Below are positions 20,233 to 20,551 of a DNA stretch of 20,551 nt, piece by piece. How positions within the stretch are numbered: position 1 is the first letter of the stretch; each line of letters opens with the position of its first letter. Where the stretch lies: the NCBI GenBank assembly GCA_020184695.1, contig JAANOX010000057.1:1-20551 (forward strand), read 5' to 3'. Under the pieces are notes generated by a model that saw only the letters and a program-made list of their open reading frames with translations, was not told where the DNA came from and made no database searches. Made by a program: the position numbers and the translations under genes. This stretch comes from Histomonas meleagridis 2922-C6/04-290x. Its lineage: Eukaryota > Protista > Parabasalia.

Positions 20233-20540
20233 ATGGACTTATTTGATTATATCAAAGAATTAAAACTTAAAAAAGTGTTTACTATAAAACAATTACCTTA
20301 TATTGATTTAATCAATTTTTATATTGAGGACTTAGTAATATATAAATATATTATAATTGCTAAAAACAATATTTTAAAAAAGTCTAAAAAATTAGGTTTA
20401 AAACTCTATAAAATACAAAATAATGTAAAATATAAAAATAAAACCTCCAATTTAAAAACATTGAGAAAGGACGTTATATTTTAATGTATGATCCTAACAA
20501 AAATGAAATAACTGTATGTTCTGGTGAAGAAAAATATTAA
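20233..20540 (+). CDS. Hypothetical Lys-rich protein, probably frameshifted near 20480
   Basis: ORF 20233-20484 is followed in another frame by MYDPNKNEITVCSGEEKY*. Confidence 0.5.
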
Positions 20541-20551
20541 TATAACATATA

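Larger units (their letters stand above)
1..20551. mobile_element. Endogenous Polinton/Maverick-like DNA virus (partial, degraded, with two nested insertions)
   Basis: Integrase, PolB, packaging ATPase, putative major and minor capsid genes and a PrimPol-D5 helicase occur together as intronless, tightly packed ORFs. This is the canonical Polinton gene set apart from the protease. No outer TIRs are visible in the window. Confidence 0.88.

Overview
Very AT-rich, eukaryotic-looking DNA. Almost all of it reads as one endogenous Polinton/Maverick-type DNA virus, partly decayed, whose own termini are not visible in the window. Its genes are an AEP primase (PrimPol)-D5/SF3 helicase (121-2200, broken), a retroviral-type integrase (6819-7994), a candidate membrane-lytic amphipathic protein, a putative major capsid protein (13294-14889), a putative penton/minor capsid protein (14928-15731), an A32/FtsK-type packaging ATPase (15908-16804, two stops), an unusually short family-B DNA polymerase (17407-19555) and several small ORFs. 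Two large inserts interrupt it. The first is a ~4.4 kb nested palindromic element (2350-6746). Its long inverted arms are each a ~420 bp hairpin, and they enclose a foldback pair of 41-bp tandem arrays plus a 97-codon primase-like fragment missing from the ORF track. The second is a 5'-truncated, heavily frameshifted RLE-type non-LTR retrotransposon (~9500-12591), followed by ~700 bp of GC-richer DNA that abuts the capsid ATG. The host cannot be determined from sequence alone; comparable element families are known from AT-rich protists such as trichomonads. All assignments come from motif reading by eye, with no database searches.
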